Shown here one piece after another: positions 1 to 13,740 of a stretch of DNA of 64,000 bases. Within the stretch, counting starts at the first letter, position 1, and each line of letters begins with the position of its first letter. Source of the DNA: the human T2T-CHM13v2.0 reference genome, Homo sapiens. The stretch is from the NCBI RefSeq assembly GCF_009914755.1, contig NC_060929.1; one strand, given 5' to 3'. Below the pieces are notes generated by a model, which was given only the letters and a program-made list of their open reading frames with translations, searched no databases and was not told where the DNA came from. The translations under genes were made by a program, and so were the position numbers.

Positions 1-293
1 CATGAGCACACTTAAGCAGGCCTAGAGAGAGGCCCACAAGGTGAGGAACTGAGGCCTCCTGCCTTTAGCCACATGAGTGAACCATCTTGAAAGTGGATCC
101 TCTAGCCCCAGTGAAGCCTGCAGTCCCCACCCACATTCCTGACTGCAGCCTCATGAAAGACTCCAAGTCAGAGAGATCCAGCTAAGCTGCTCCTGGATTT
201 TTAACCCATAGAAATGGGAAGATCATAAACATCTGCTGTGTTAAGCCACTGAATTTTAGGGTAATTTGTTGCACAGCAATAGATAACTCATAT
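1..293 (+). mobile_element. MaLR LTR fragment (MLT1-type), 3' portion
   Basis: Resembles MLT1 3' end: gccacatgagtga..ccatcttgaaagtggatcct..ccagctaagctgctcctgga..ttaagccactgaattttagggtaatttgtt..cagcaatagataact. Confidence 0.7.
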
Positions 294-540
294 CCTCCCT
301 CTCTGTACTCATGCATAGCTTTCACTTTTGATGATACAAGTAATTCTTACACATGTCGCAAAATGCCCTCATCTCTATTCTTCACATGTCTTCATGTGGA
401 GAGGCAAAAATCTAGATTAACATCTATCATTTATTTGCTTTGCTATTTCTTAAATTTTTGGAGGAAGTATTATACTGCATAATATAAATAAAGCTTTTGC
501 TATCTTTTGTTAAATGATTCCTAAAAATTAAACCTATTTC

Positions 541-823
<283 letters not shown>

Positions 824-1270
824 TTAAACCTATTTCTGAGTTTTTTTTTTTTTACACCTGACATCTGGTTATTCGAAGATAGAATATCATTCTGTCTTTG
901 GAAATTATCATATTTAGAAAACCAGTTACCTGATTTTATACCTAACTTGACCTGGGTATACTACAGAAACTGAAGTTCAAGACCTTTTAGCCACATTTCT
1001 CAGGTCTAGGTCACAAATAAAAACTAACAAATTCTCTTTTTTAGTAATTGTTTTTTTTTTTTAAAAAAAAGGCCAATGAGTTAAAAGCATAATTAAAATT
1101 CCAAGCAGAAAAGAATGGGAGAAAAATCATTCTATGCATTATCGTAATATGGTGGCAATCATAGTATAGATAGAGGAGCCCTGGCTTTCTCATAATTTAT
1201 GCCAATCATTTTTCTATACTATGACAAAACTTCAAAACTATCATTTAAAATATCTGTGATATTTTATTAG

Positions 1271-1627
<357 letters not shown>

Positions 1628-1705
1628 AACATCTTCTTTTTAAAGAAGTTGTAAAACTTCAGAATACACAGTAATTATTAGCCATACATCACTTAGTTAA
1701 CTTAC

Positions 1706-1868
1706 TGGCTTCTGTTGTTAAATGTTGTTTTTTATTGCTCCATTTGCTCCATTTCCAGAAAGTTTCAGTAGAACAACGAATCCGAAAAGTATATAGAGTG
1801 TATGGATTTAACTTGTCCAGAGCAACAAGATAACTTGAATTTTCTACTCCTTTGATTGTGACATTCCG
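1706..1868 (-). CDS. LIFR: LIFR exon 11 (163 nt), D5 FnIII second half with WSKWS motif
   Basis: Translates RNVTIKGVENSSYLVALDKLNPYTLYTFRIRCSTETFWKWSKWSNKKQHLTTEA; acceptor ..CCAATAG, donor GTAAGT; phase 0 in, phase 1 out. Confidence 0.97.
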
Positions 1869-1887
1869 CTATTGGAAAACAAATAAA

Positions 1888-1948
1888 TATATATATATGT
1901 ATATATTATGTGTATGAATACATATATATATACATACACATACATACA
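1888..1948. repeat. (TA)n/(TACA)n low-complexity microsatellite next to the exon 11 acceptor
   Basis: tatatatatatgtatatattatgtgtatgaatacatatatatatacatacacatacatacac. Confidence 0.85.
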
Positions 1949-3044
1949 CTTTTTTTTGGTAAGAAAGCCTTCACATTTGTAACACAAACCAACGGAATGT
2001 CAATGAGTTTGTATATGTAACACCCAAAGCAGTTTATCCACTGTAATATTTTAATTCTTATATACCTGCCAAGCCAATGAAATTATGCCCTGTAATAGTA
2101 ATAAAAAATTGGGTTATCTTTTTAATCCAAATACTGGCTCTAAGTAATAATGGTCAATTAAATTATCTAAAGGATTATATAATTTTGATAATCAAAGGGC
2201 TAATGGTGATGCAATAAACCTTAATGTGATTTATAATTTGAGATGACTGTGAGGAATAAATGTATTATTTGGATGATATTTGGAAGTTTCTTGGAGGCAG
2301 GCATTACCTTTTGTGCATCTTTGTTAATATGACACTTAGAACTTCTAGTATGATGCTAAACATGTAGCAAATATTCAACAAATACTTCCTTAAACTAAGT
2401 AAATATAGTTAAAATGAAACATTTCTAAACAAATTTGAATATCTGCCTGTTTCACAAAAGCCTCTGAGCTCCCCAAAACATTACAAAGAAGGTTTTCAGG
2501 TTATATTTTACAGTTGTGACTGATTTTCTAGACATCAGTAAATTTCCAAATGAATAGTTAAGTACACCTCATTTATTTCAGACTTACCACAAATTACAAG
2601 ATAGTATAATATAAAAGTCAACCTAAATATTTAAAATGTATTAAAAAGTCATGTTGTGACTTTTAAGTACCAATTACAGCTTGTTCCCACTGCCACACTT
2701 CACAGTTTTAAAAAATCACTTCTGCTGTCTAGTGCCAATTCATCCATTAATGATGCTAAAAGTTACAGCAAAAACTACTCATTCATTCACAAATTTACGG
2801 AGCACCAGCTATGTGCCAGGTACTATAGTGCATCTGGGAACATTCTGAGGAGTAAAAGTCATATTTACAATTGTTTTTCAAATGATACAATGCTGTTATT
2901 ACATGGATAGTAATGTCTTTCTTGGTTCTTAGTAAATCTCTATAATAAATAATCTGAGAGCTTAAGCATATCAATTTGCTTAATTCTTTTTGAGAACTAT
3001 TTTATCCAAAATAATCACAAAGGAAGTCTTTAAGAGAATCTTAC

Positions 3045-3190
3045 CTGCTCTTGTACTGAATTAGATTTCTTAATTTCAATTTCACATAAAAAATTAATCT
3101 TTGCAAAGTTGCCTGGTAAATGCCAAGAAAGTTTAACAGCTGTTGAATTAATATCCTTCACTTTGAATGAAGTAGGAGTATGGGGATAAA
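3045..3190 (-). CDS. LIFR: LIFR exon 10 (146 nt), D5 FnIII first half
   Basis: Translates (V)YPHTPTSFKVKDINSTAVKLSWHLPGNFAKINFLCEIEIKKSNSVQEQ; TTTGCAG acceptor, GTAAGA donor. Confidence 0.97.
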
Positions 3191-4179
3191 CTGCAAATAT
3201 AATTTTTAAAGATTAAACACTTATTTAAAGGGAAAAACTATCTTCTAATATGACAAATGAGAAGAAAACATAAAAAACAACGAGGCATCATTAGTGCTGA
3301 CCAACAACATCCTACCCAGTATTTGTGGAATTGACAAACCTAATTTCTACTACTGACATCTTGCCAACATTTTTAAACAATCGATCATGCTCAAAGCTCT
3401 TAAATTAGTGTCAGGAATACTCAAAGGTAGTTAAGATCACAGTATCTACCTTTAAGGAACTTCTAATTTACTTAGGGAATGACCAAAAAAAAAAAAAAAA
3501 AAAGAAAAGAAAAAAGAAAGAAAGGTAATTAATAAGAATATAAATGCCAAGTTCTAAATGAATGATACAGATATTAACCACTATGTAAATGTAAGCATGG
3601 TAAGGTAAGTCTTACAGTGAAGATGGAACTTAAGATGAGCTATGCAGGAAGAATCAGACAAAAATTAGCCAAAAAAAATGCAGAAAAGCATTTTAGGCAG
3701 AGATGCCAATAATGAAGGTACAGCGAGGCAAACTGCATATTACACTGGTGATAGTGTGTATGCCCAGTTGAGTGGCGGGAAAGAATCACATGGGAAATAA
3801 GGCTGAAATGGCAGAGGGCAGACAAATACATACAAATACTACCATGCAAGGATAAAATGTAGCCATGGTGACACTAGGAAAAATCCAGAAATCGCAAAGA
3901 CGACAGGAAAGAACAACTGATAAAAGTGACTTATGCTTACAAATAAGGCAACAGGATCATCTACTAATCAGCTGTGAGACTGTATGAGACATGCCTTCGG
4001 TTTAGGCCCTTTCTCCCCTGCCTGAGTCTCTAAGAGAAGGTCTAGGCCGTTGCTCAGTGTGCTGTGAGCCTGACATGGAGTGTTAATGCACATGGACCAT
4101 GGGAATGAATACCAAAAAGACCAAGCACATTTTATTTTTATTTGGAGCTATATATTAATACGATTGGTAAAAATGCAAT

Positions 4180-4475
4180 CAGTAATAAAAGGGACGAACT
4201 ATTAATACATACAACAACATGGATGGCTCTCCAGGACATCCTTAAAAAAAAAAATGCCAAACTGCATACTGTATGATTTTACTTATGTAACAATCTCAAA
4301 CTGATAAAACAGAGATGAAGAATAGATTCGTTGTTGTCAAGGCACAGGGATGTGACTGTATGTACAGGGGATGCTGGAAGGGCAACATGAGCAAGTTCCT
4401 TTGTAGTGACAGGGCAGTTCTGTATCTTGCATGTGGTGGTGGTTACCTGAATCTATACCTATAAATTGCATAGAA

Positions 4476-4526
<51 letters not shown>

Positions 4527-4725
4527 TACAAATGAATGCACATAAAAACTGAGCAAGGTCAGTAGTCTAGTTAACAGTGTTTTAAGAGTGTCAATTCCCT
4601 GGTTCTGATATTGTACTAGAATTATATAAGATGACACCACTGGGAATAGCCAGGGGATGGGTTCACAAGGCTCTTATTATTGTAACTACCAGTGAGTCAA
4701 CAATTACTTCAAAATAAAAGTTTTT
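4180..4725 (+). mobile_element. Old L1 (L1ME/MC-type) 3' UTR fragment
   Basis: acaacaacatggatggctctc..catactgtatgattt..gttctgtatcttg..gtggtggtggttac..ataaattgcatagaact..acttcaaaataaaag. Confidence 0.65.
4478..4522. repeat. (CA)~22 microsatellite
   Basis: Uninterrupted CA run. Confidence 0.95.
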
Positions 4726-4982
4726 AAAAATTGGGCAGAAGATATTTCAGAAATCAAAAATTATCAGAAAGAGTAAATTACTAATTCAAGTATTTAAATT
4801 CAATAAAATAGTAAAACTTGAAATTATACATTTAAAGTTTTTATAAATAAAATTTATGAAATTAATATTAAGTAACTATAAAGAAAATAATCAGCAAAAA
4901 GTAATCCCTATAAGCATTTTTCATTAAAGCATTTCACCACTTTTAAAGTTATTTTTAAGACATTAGTTTATGTACAGCTTAC

Positions 4983-5152
4983 CTTTTTCAGTTATATTAA
5001 CTAAAATTGTTGATTGTGATCGACCCAGCGGATTGTGAGCATTCAAAGTAAAATTATATATTTCTTGATTTGGAAGCATTTGAAATAATAATTGATAGCT
5101 TTCGTTTGTAGGTGCTTCAGCTCTTTTAAGTCTAACATATTTTCCTGAAAAA
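4983..5152 (-). CDS. LIFR: LIFR exon 9 (170 nt), D4 second half
   Basis: Translates (S)FSGKYVRLKRAEAPTNESYQLLFQMLPNQEIYNFTLNAHNPLGRSQSTILVNITEK; AACAG acceptor, GTAAGC donor. Confidence 0.97.
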
Positions 5153-5580
5153 CTGTTAATTAACAGAAAAATAATTTCAAAATGGCAAGAGATAAATATT
5201 GCAGGAAAAAACGGGCAAATTCGTAATACTTAATTTGTATAAAAAGTTTAAATTTCTAATTAGAAGCATATTACATACTCAGAGAAGAAAATGTATGTGA
5301 TACAGAAAATAGAAGAAATTAATCAGCCATAAGTTTACTACCGAGAAACAGTCTCTGTTCATGTTCAAGTGTTCTTCATTCTAAGCTTCTTAAAAGAGGA
5401 GACATAAAATTGAGTGTACATGTGGCTGAACTGCAGTGCTTATAAGTGTAATTTTATACAGCATATTTGGTTTTATATCTTGTTTGTAACATAAATGATC
5501 TAGTGCAGTTCCCTATGTCATTTAACATGCACTTCCAACGTACTCCTTGCCATCTGACATCTTTTCCCAGTTATCATTAC

Positions 5581-5710
5581 CTTTCAACTAAAGTGTAGCT
5601 TGTAGCACGTGGGCCCACCAACGCTGTCACCCTTCCTGGATTCCAACTACATATAATTTCTTTTAAATCATGTGTCTCACAATTCAGTTGTTGAGGAGTA
5701 TCTGGTGGAT
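5581..5710 (-). CDS. LIFR: LIFR exon 8 (130 nt), D4 first half
   Basis: Translates (Y)PPDTPQQLNCETHDLKEIICSWNPGRVTALVGPRATSYTLVE with the cytokine-receptor C..C-x-W motif; TTTTCTGTTAG acceptor, GTAATG donor. Confidence 0.97.
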
Positions 5711-6357
5711 CTAACAGAAAAAAAATGCAGGTACTTATGATTACATATATTTTCCCTGAAAACATAATATTTTATAAACGTCAATGTTTTCCACAATTTC
5801 CTAAAAAATGAAATAATTTACTATTTACATTTTACTTTTGAATAATGCAGGAATTATTCTCTCTGTAGCATGTCTTGTCAGAGTTCATATTACATTAGAA
5901 TTGACAGATTAAAATATACTGAAAAATGACTCTTAGCTCATCTGGAAACTCCCTGTAGCAACTTGAAATATCAGTTGTCACTTTTTTTCCCTTAATCCTA
6001 TTTCAGAGGCTACCAAATCTCTCAAAGAAACCTGAGTCTAATATGTTGTCAGAGAAATCTACAGGTTAAAAGTATTATCATCTATCATCAATATACTGTG
6101 ATTCGAAAAGAAATACCAAATCATATTGAAAATCAGTAAGTCATGTTACATGTTTCAGAGTTCTAAAATACATTATAAGTACTGTTGTTTAGAAAACTCT
6201 TGGTAAAATTCTGCATCTCAGTATATACAAACTGACTGCGGCTCTTTTGTTGTTTTTCTCTTTATCAAAACTGCTCTCCCCAGCTTTAAGGCAGGACTAG
6301 AAAAATTAAAAGAAATTTTTTTTTTTTTTTTAAGACGAGACCTTCAAAGTGATAAAT

Positions 6358-6658
6358 GAGCCCAGGTGCAGTGGCTCACATCTGTAATCCCAGCACTCTG
6401 GGAGGCCAAGGTGGGCAAATCACCTGAAGTCAGGAGTTTGAGACCAGCCTGGCCAACATGGTGAAACCCCGTCTCCACTAAAAATACAAAAATTAGCCGG
6501 GTGTGGTGGAGGGTGCCTGAAGTCTCAGCTATTCGGGAGGCTGAGGCAGGAGAACCGCTTGAACCTGGGAGGTGGAGGCTGCACTGAACCCAGATTGTGC
6601 CACTGGAATCTGGTCTGGGCGACAGAGCGATACTCCGTCTCAAAAAAAAAAAAAAAAA
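6358..6658 (+). mobile_element. AluS element (intron 7)
   Basis: Full dimeric Alu with long A tail; TSD AAAGTGATAAAT at 6346-6357 and 6659-6670. Confidence 0.95.
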
Positions 6659-7299
6659 AAAGTGATAAATTAAAAGTCTGCAGTCTGACACTGCTTATTG
6701 TAGAAATTCATATTTCTGTAATCATGTTTAACCATACACATATAGAAACTGGTATTTCCTCTCTCATATTTATCCAAACTATCTTTCACTTTAGGTAAAA
6801 GTTCTTTTTTAAAAAAACTACTTGTTTAAAAATTCTGTAAAATTTTTTTTTCACAAATCTGAATTAAAAAAAAAATACTCCTTAGTTTATCAACCAAAAC
6901 TTGGAAAATTTCATACCTTCCCCAGAGATAAGGATAACATCCTTCAATGATATTTCAGGTAACATTAAGAGGATTAATGAGTGTTTATATGAGAGTTTAA
7001 CAATTAGATAAGTAAACAAACATTGACATATTTATTCTGAAAATTGTTTTAAATCTAAGGCCAAATATTCAGTCACTCTATTAAAACCACATACCAAAAA
7101 TATGGAATATATTTAAAATGCTGGTTATTTTAGGATTTGGTAGATATTAAGTTGAAATATTAAAATCTAAATAACAAGAGCAAATAAGAGATAAATAGAA
7201 GGACAGACAGAAGGGGAAAAATTTGAGAGGACAGTATTTGAAATGTACTAATTTTCTTTTCAAAGAAATTAACTTATAAAATAATCAACTGAAGCTACT

Positions 7300-7647
7300 A
7301 GGTTAAAAGCTAGGTATACATCAACTACATTTTTATATACCAGTCAATAGAAAATGCAATTTAAAAAACAAAGTCATTTTTAATAATATCAGAAAACACC
7401 TAGCACTAGGAAAAAATTTACCAAAAGACATAAAGACCTCATATTAAGATGAATTAAAGAAGACTCAAGTAAATGTAGGGATATACCATGTTCATAGTTT
7501 GGGAGATACAAATATTGTAAGAATGAAAATTCTCCTAAATTGATCCACGGATTTAATGTAATCCCAATCAAAACGCCAGCAGGTTTTGATTGGGTAGGTG
7601 TGTGTGCACGCAGACGTGTGTGTAGGGAAAAACTAACAAGCCGATTA
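7300..7647 (+). mobile_element. Old L1M ORF2 fragment interrupted by AluY
   Basis: aaatgtagggatataccatgttcatag..aatattgtaagaatgaaaattctcctaaattgatc..atttaatgtaatcccaatcaaaa resembles L1 ORF2. Confidence 0.65.
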
Positions 7648-7650
7648 TAA

Positions 7651-7961
<311 letters not shown>

Positions 7962-9541
7962 TAAATTTCTTTTCAGTCTTTTCCGTAAATGGTGGCTTAA
8001 CAGGATATCCATAAAGAAAGGAAATAAATGAATCCTGATACCTAACTCACGAAATAACCTGCTCTTATAAATTTCCTAAAAGTTCTCTCTGAAGGGAGAT
8101 GTTACTGCTGCTCAACAAATATTGTACAATATTTCAACCTCCAAACGTTATAAATGAAGGTTAAACTATAAATTAGCTTGTTCTATTACTATGATAAAAG
8201 ATTACAACACTGTCTGAAATAACACAAATGGAAACAGTGCACAGTCTCATTTTTTAAGTTTTAATTTCTTCTTTCATACTTTTAAGTAATAGCTCACTTT
8301 TGGTACTGCTCACGAAGCAACTTCACTACATATACCACTGGGTCTCAACTTAGACTCCAGGACTATTTGTGAGAAATGTTGCAAGTAATTTCCTAACATT
8401 CCATTAAGAAGGATAATATGATTTCCAGGATTTAAATTTGAACATAACCTCACTTTCACTTGAATTCCAAATGCATTACTGAGCAGACAAAAAGAGAGTC
8501 AGATTACAGCCATCAAGCTGAGACGAGCACCTAAACCCGGCTATTCCTTTGGGAATACATCAGTATCTGAATGAAATTCATCACGAAGTACTGTATGAGT
8601 AAACGAGAGAGCTGCTGATCTAGACCACAGCTGAGAATCATAAAAAGAAAGAAAGAAAAAGCACTAAGGAATCAAAAGAAATATCATAAAATCTAGTCAA
8701 TCTATCTTATACACATTATTCAGGCGACCTTTAGACCAAAATCCCAGACTTCTAATTCAGCATAAAGGGAGGAAGGGACTCACTGATAAAGATGAAGCTG
8801 TCAGTGACACCAAAACATTACAGTTGCTACAAGGAAGGGAGGCAGAAAAACTAAAATTGAGACCTAAAAATTCTACATATTTATCTGTGGACATTCAACA
8901 CAAGCCACATGGGCAGGGCAGCCCACAACAAACTACTTTTGGAAATACCATGGAATTTTAGACTGTGGGGTGATCATGTTAATAGACACCTTGAATGACA
9001 GAGCATACAACATATATAGAACGCAGTGGGAGAGTATGTTTCCCCTCACCCATGTCCTCCTGCCAGCCTGTTCTCCTCAAATATAATAGTTAAAAGATGG
9101 AGAAGATATGTTATGCTACTGAAAGATTTTGTGTAAAATTGCTATAATTTCTTTAATTTAGATACTTTAAAAAAGGTATACTTTAACTGGAAAATGAATT
9201 CACATAATTTCTAAACAATGCAGGGTTAAGAAATATTATATCCTATCCTTAACAAAGCTGTTAACTAAGAATTTAAACTAAACATTAGAAGCTAGATGTT
9301 TCAAATCTGATTACAAAACCAACAAATTACACAGATACAGGTTATGTGGAAAACAAGCTTGCAATTCATTTTAAAACAAGCAAATATTCTAGTGCCTTTG
9401 TATAGCCTTTATATTAAAGAACAAAGAAATGAGAAAGAAACAGAATCACTCCTCCCACCCCCCCACTCCAGAAGAATTAAGGCTTTCAAGGAAGACCAAA
9501 ACAGGTTAATAGGAATTCTCTCTTTAAAATCATATACTTAC

Positions 9542-9796
9542 ATCCAGCAAAAATAACGGTTCCAAATATGTTATCTTCGGTTGTAAAAACTACATTTGTT
9601 CCACTACTTGCAGAAACAGAAATATTACGAATCTTGATTGCAACATTTTCCCCATCAAGATGGATCAAGGGGCAGTTTGTATGGCCAATCAGTGCTGATA
9701 ACACTTTTTCTTGACTCACACAACAAAATGTTATGTCTGAGCCTACAAGTATCACTTTATCTTGAGGAAAAACCTTAGTCTGAGAATCAGGTATCC
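9542..9796 (-). CDS. LIFR: LIFR exon 7 (255 nt), Ig-like domain D3
   Basis: Translates (W)IPDSQTKVFPQDKVILVGSDITFCCVSQEKVLSALIGHTNCPLIHLDGENVAIKIRNISVSASSGTNVVFTTEDNIFGTVIFAG; TTTCTAG acceptor, GTAAGT donor; phase 1-1. Confidence 0.97.
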
Positions 9797-10625
9797 CTAG
9801 AAAGAAAAAGAGGAATTATAAACATTTTATATAGAAGTATTTTACATAAACTTTTCTGCATTTTAAGACTTTCTTTTCATAAGATGACTTTTAAAATAGC
9901 CCAGTATATACACTACAAACTGTTAGGTGCTTTGTAATGATAATGGTCCAAAGATAAGGTGTGTTCCACAGGTTTTGTAGGAGCAAGATATATACGATAA
10001 ATTTTTTAAAAGTGTATGTGGTTTTATTTACTTATGAAGGGATAATGGTGAGGAAGCAGAAGCAGATTACAGGTCAGTGTCTAAAGTTAATGCCACAGGT
10101 TTATGTCTAAGAAGTCTAAGGGTTGAAATTCAGTGGGTTTATATATACATGTGAACAATCCACACCCCCCAAAAATCACTAATTAAATAATTCCATTCCT
10201 TTTATTCAATGTATTTAGGGCATATGTCTTACTTTCCATCAGCCTAAATATATGCCCAAGTACTCCACACCCTAAAAAACAACTTACTTTAATCTAGTCC
10301 CCTTCCTTCCTCTAATCCTTTTATCCATAGAGTGATCTATCTCTACAATGACTACCAGCCTTTCAGGATTTCATTTTATGGTCAACAATTTTCCAGGCCC
10401 CCTATTCGAAACTGCCAACATTCTCCCTGTATATGAGTTTTACTTAATGTACGGATGCTTTTTGGTATGCTTGCAGATCCCCGTGTTCCTGGCAATAACT
10501 ATGCAGCCTCTAGGGGTCTGCTCTGTGAGCCAGAAATTGGGAACTGTTTTGTTTTTTTTTTTTAAACATAGATTTCATCTCAGTATCATCTACACACAAT
10601 TTTTAATGCTCTTCAATTCCTATGA

Positions 10626-10785
10626 CAGTGATTTTCAAACCTGGATGTTTATCCAACCACTCAGAAAGTTCTTTCAAAATACAGATTCCTGAAGCCTATC
10701 TCAGACTTTTTGATCAAAATCTCCAGGGATGGTGGGCTTAGACGCTCCCAGGTAATCCTCATGCAGCTGAATGAGGTTATGAGAA
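10626..10785. mobile_element. MER5-type hAT-Charlie DNA transposon relic
   Basis: cagtgattttcaaacc..aatacagattcctgaagcc..tcaaaatctccaggg..gctcccaggtaatcctcatgca. Confidence 0.6.
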
Positions 10786-10867
10786 GTGAAAGCTCAAACT
10801 AAATCTTACTCTTAAGTGAGACTAATTTAATTCATCTGAAACAAACATTCTTTAAATATAAGCTTAC

Positions 10868-11042
10868 AAGAAATGTTCTTCACAGGGCTCCAGTCACTCC
10901 ACTCTTCGAGACCAGAAAAATGAAGATTGTCAATGTAGCATCTAATTTCCACAAAATGAATGGCACATTCCAAGGGCATATCTGAGGCCCAACTCCAGTG
11001 ATGAAGTGTATCTTTGCCATTCAGAGTTGTGTTGTGGGTCAC
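10868..11042 (-). CDS. LIFR: LIFR exon 6 (175 nt), D2 second half with WSDWS motif
   Basis: Translates VTHNTTLNGKDTLHHWSWASDMPLECAIHFVEIRCYIDNLHFSGLEEWSDWSPVKNIS; TTTTTAG acceptor, GTAAGC donor. Confidence 0.97.
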
Positions 11043-11307
11043 CTAAAAATGAACACAAACACAAAACTGTATTTCCAAGTAGCAATATGTTTTGCTTTCC
11101 TTTAGAATTAAAAGACACAATAGATTCCATACAATCATCAGCTAAGTTTATGTTTTGTCCTTTAATACAACTCAGTTTTGTGTAAGGTATAATAGCAGAG
11201 TAACAATAATCATGATTCATTTGTTTACTTCTTCAACTTTAGGCCCTAATGTATTATATAAGATGTTGCTATTCATTGAAACATTCAATTTGGTATGCAA
11301 GAAAATG

Positions 11308-11871
11308 CAGGTTGAGTATCCCTTGGGACCACAAGTGTGTTGGATTTTGCACCTTTTCAGATTGCATTATATACTTCTCAGATGAGCATCTCTAATCTAA
11401 AAATCTAAAATCTGCCTGGACAGTGGCTCACACCTGTAATTTACCCAGCACTTTGGGAGGCTGAGACAGGCAGATCCCTTGAGCCCAGGAGTACAAGACC
11501 AGCCTGGACAATACGGCGAAACCCCATCTCTACAAAAAAATAAAAAAATAAAAAATAAAAAAATAAAATTAGCCAGGCATGCTGGCTTGTGCCTGTAGTC
11601 CCAGCAACTCAGGAGGCTGAGGTGGGAGGGTCTATTGAGCCTGGAAAGTCAAGGCTGCAGTGAGCTGAGATCATGCAACTGCACTCCAGCCTGGGTGGCA
11701 GAATGATATCCTGTCTAAAAACAACAAAAAATAAATAAATAAAATAACAAAAATCCCAAGTCTGAAATGCTCCAGTGAGCATTTCCTTTGAGCATCATGG
11801 TGGTGCTCAAAAAGTTTTGAATTTTAAAACATTTTGAGTTTTGGATTTTCAGATTAGGGATGCTCAACCTG
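11308..11871. mobile_element. MER46/Tigger4-type DNA transposon split by an AluJ
   Basis: Terminal inverted repeats CAGGTTGAGTATCCCT (11308) and AGGGATGCTCAACCTG (ends 11871). Confidence 0.8.
11414..11750 (+). mobile_element. AluJ element nested in MER46 (intron 5)
   Basis: cagtggctcacacctgtaat..cttgagcccaggag..aggctgcagtgagctgagatcatgc; A-rich tail. Confidence 0.9.
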
Positions 11872-12139
11872 TATACCACTGCCTAATGATCTAAATTTTT
11901 CATAGAGTAGAAGTAATTAATGGGGTTGCACTTTCAAAAGCTTAAGTCAAGGAGAGGGGCAGCATTTCAATAAAATAGTTTTAGACTAGATTTGTTTTTT
12001 ATATAAGTATTCTATATAGTTGCTTTTATTTTTAAGTAGAAGATTAAATATGTAAGTTATACTAATACAAATTATTATTAATTGTGAGAAATGAGCAAGA
12101 TTTCAATAAAATATTGAGGTGCTATAAAAGATAACTTGG

Positions 12140-13560
12140 GACTTCTAGGCAAACACAATAGATTAAACAACTATTTCCTTCTCCCTTACCTCCTGAAATC
12201 ACTCCAAAGAGTAAACAGATTTTTTTTAAAGGTGTGAATGGACAAAGACAAAATATAGAAATAAAGCAACATCACTAAAATCTGGAAGCTGGAAAGCAGA
12301 TGGATAATGGTAACTGATGTAGAAGACCTGAGAAAACAAAATCTTAAGCATCCAATGGGAAATACAGGAAAACAGCTTGTTTCTATCACAGAAATGCCAA
12401 AGGGCTCAGTGAGTGGCTATCCCAGGCTCCCCTGGAAATAAAGAGCTCAAAACAGCAGGACTGCTTGAAAGTTGTTTGAAGATATGTTGGCTACCCAGAT
12501 CCCTTCCCACACTCCACACTACCGAAGGACTACCTTTGTTTACCTTGGCAGAAGAATAAAGATTTATGTTCTGGAAAAGTAAAACAGAATATCTTTGGAT
12601 TGAAGAATTTTAGGAAGAGATGAGAATGGGGACTATCATTCCAAAAACAGGGGGATTGCTAACCTATGCCTTCTTCCTCTGCTCAGCTCCCAGGATACTG
12701 GTTTGCCAGACTAATCCTCACCAGGTAATAGTCTAAATGAACTTTTCTGAGTCACATAAACATGTCAAAATGAAATACCTAAAATAATATTTGGCGTTTG
12801 CCACCTGCATAGCCCATCCTCATCACTCTAGAGGGAAGGCCCCCATCAACAAGTCCTATCCAGAGAAACCAAAGTTCCAATTAGATTAAAAAAAAATTTT
12901 TAACAGCCCCTCGCTTAACTGTGAGCAGCAACCAGGATGACCAGAAAGTGTACAAGAAATTCTAATACGAAAGTCAATAATTGAAAAGAAAAGAAAAAGA
13001 AAAAATGTGAGGAAACAGGGCATGTAGAAAAAAACTTTAAATCATTACTATCCTCAGAGATAAGACATTGCATCATGAAACAAAAACTGGATACATTAAA
13101 AAAATAACATAAATCCTTTCAAAGAAAGGATCTTCTATAAATTAATAAACATATGAATAGAAATTCAATAGCAGGATGCAAAATCCAGTTTAGAAAAAAT
13201 TTCTGAGAAAATAGAAAATACATAGAAAACAAGAAAGATAAAAACAATTAGAGGATTGTTGTGGAAGGTTCATGAAGAACAGAAGTTCTAAAAAAAAAGG
13301 AGAAGACAGAGAAGGACAAATCAAAGAAATAAAACAAGAAATTCCCAAGCTGACACACATGTGTTTTTAGACTGACAGGGGCCCAATGAGTGTCCAGAAG
13401 AACAGATAAAGATTGATCCACACTAAGAAACAATGGAATCATACCTTCAAAATCTTGACAAAATTTCCCAACCTGTAATTCTACACCCAGTTAAACTAGT
13501 AATCACGCACGAGTGCAGAATAGACATTTTCATAAATGTGGTATCTCCATGTATTCCTTT
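12140..13560 (+). mobile_element. Highly diverged L1M 5'/ORF1-region fragments
   Basis: A-rich sequence with L1M-like motifs (actatcctcagagataagacattgcatcatgaaacaa; gaaattcccaagctga; ataccttcaaaat..aattctacacccagttaaacta). Confidence 0.5.
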
Positions 13561-13740
13561 GGTAAGCATTTTACACTCTGCCCAGTAACGTATGAAAGTT
13601 CCAGTTCCTCTACAACTTCTCAGTAATAGTAATTGACAAGCTTTTAAATTTTTAAATAATTAAATTAAAAGAACAAATTATATTTGCAAGCTAGCTATTA
13701 TAGATAGCAGAGAATATCTACAATAGCAAATAACTACTGA

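Noticed and set aside
6316-6344. poly-T followed by aagacgagacc just before the Alu at 6358
   Set aside because: May be the tail remnant of an opposite-strand Alu, but too short to support a call.
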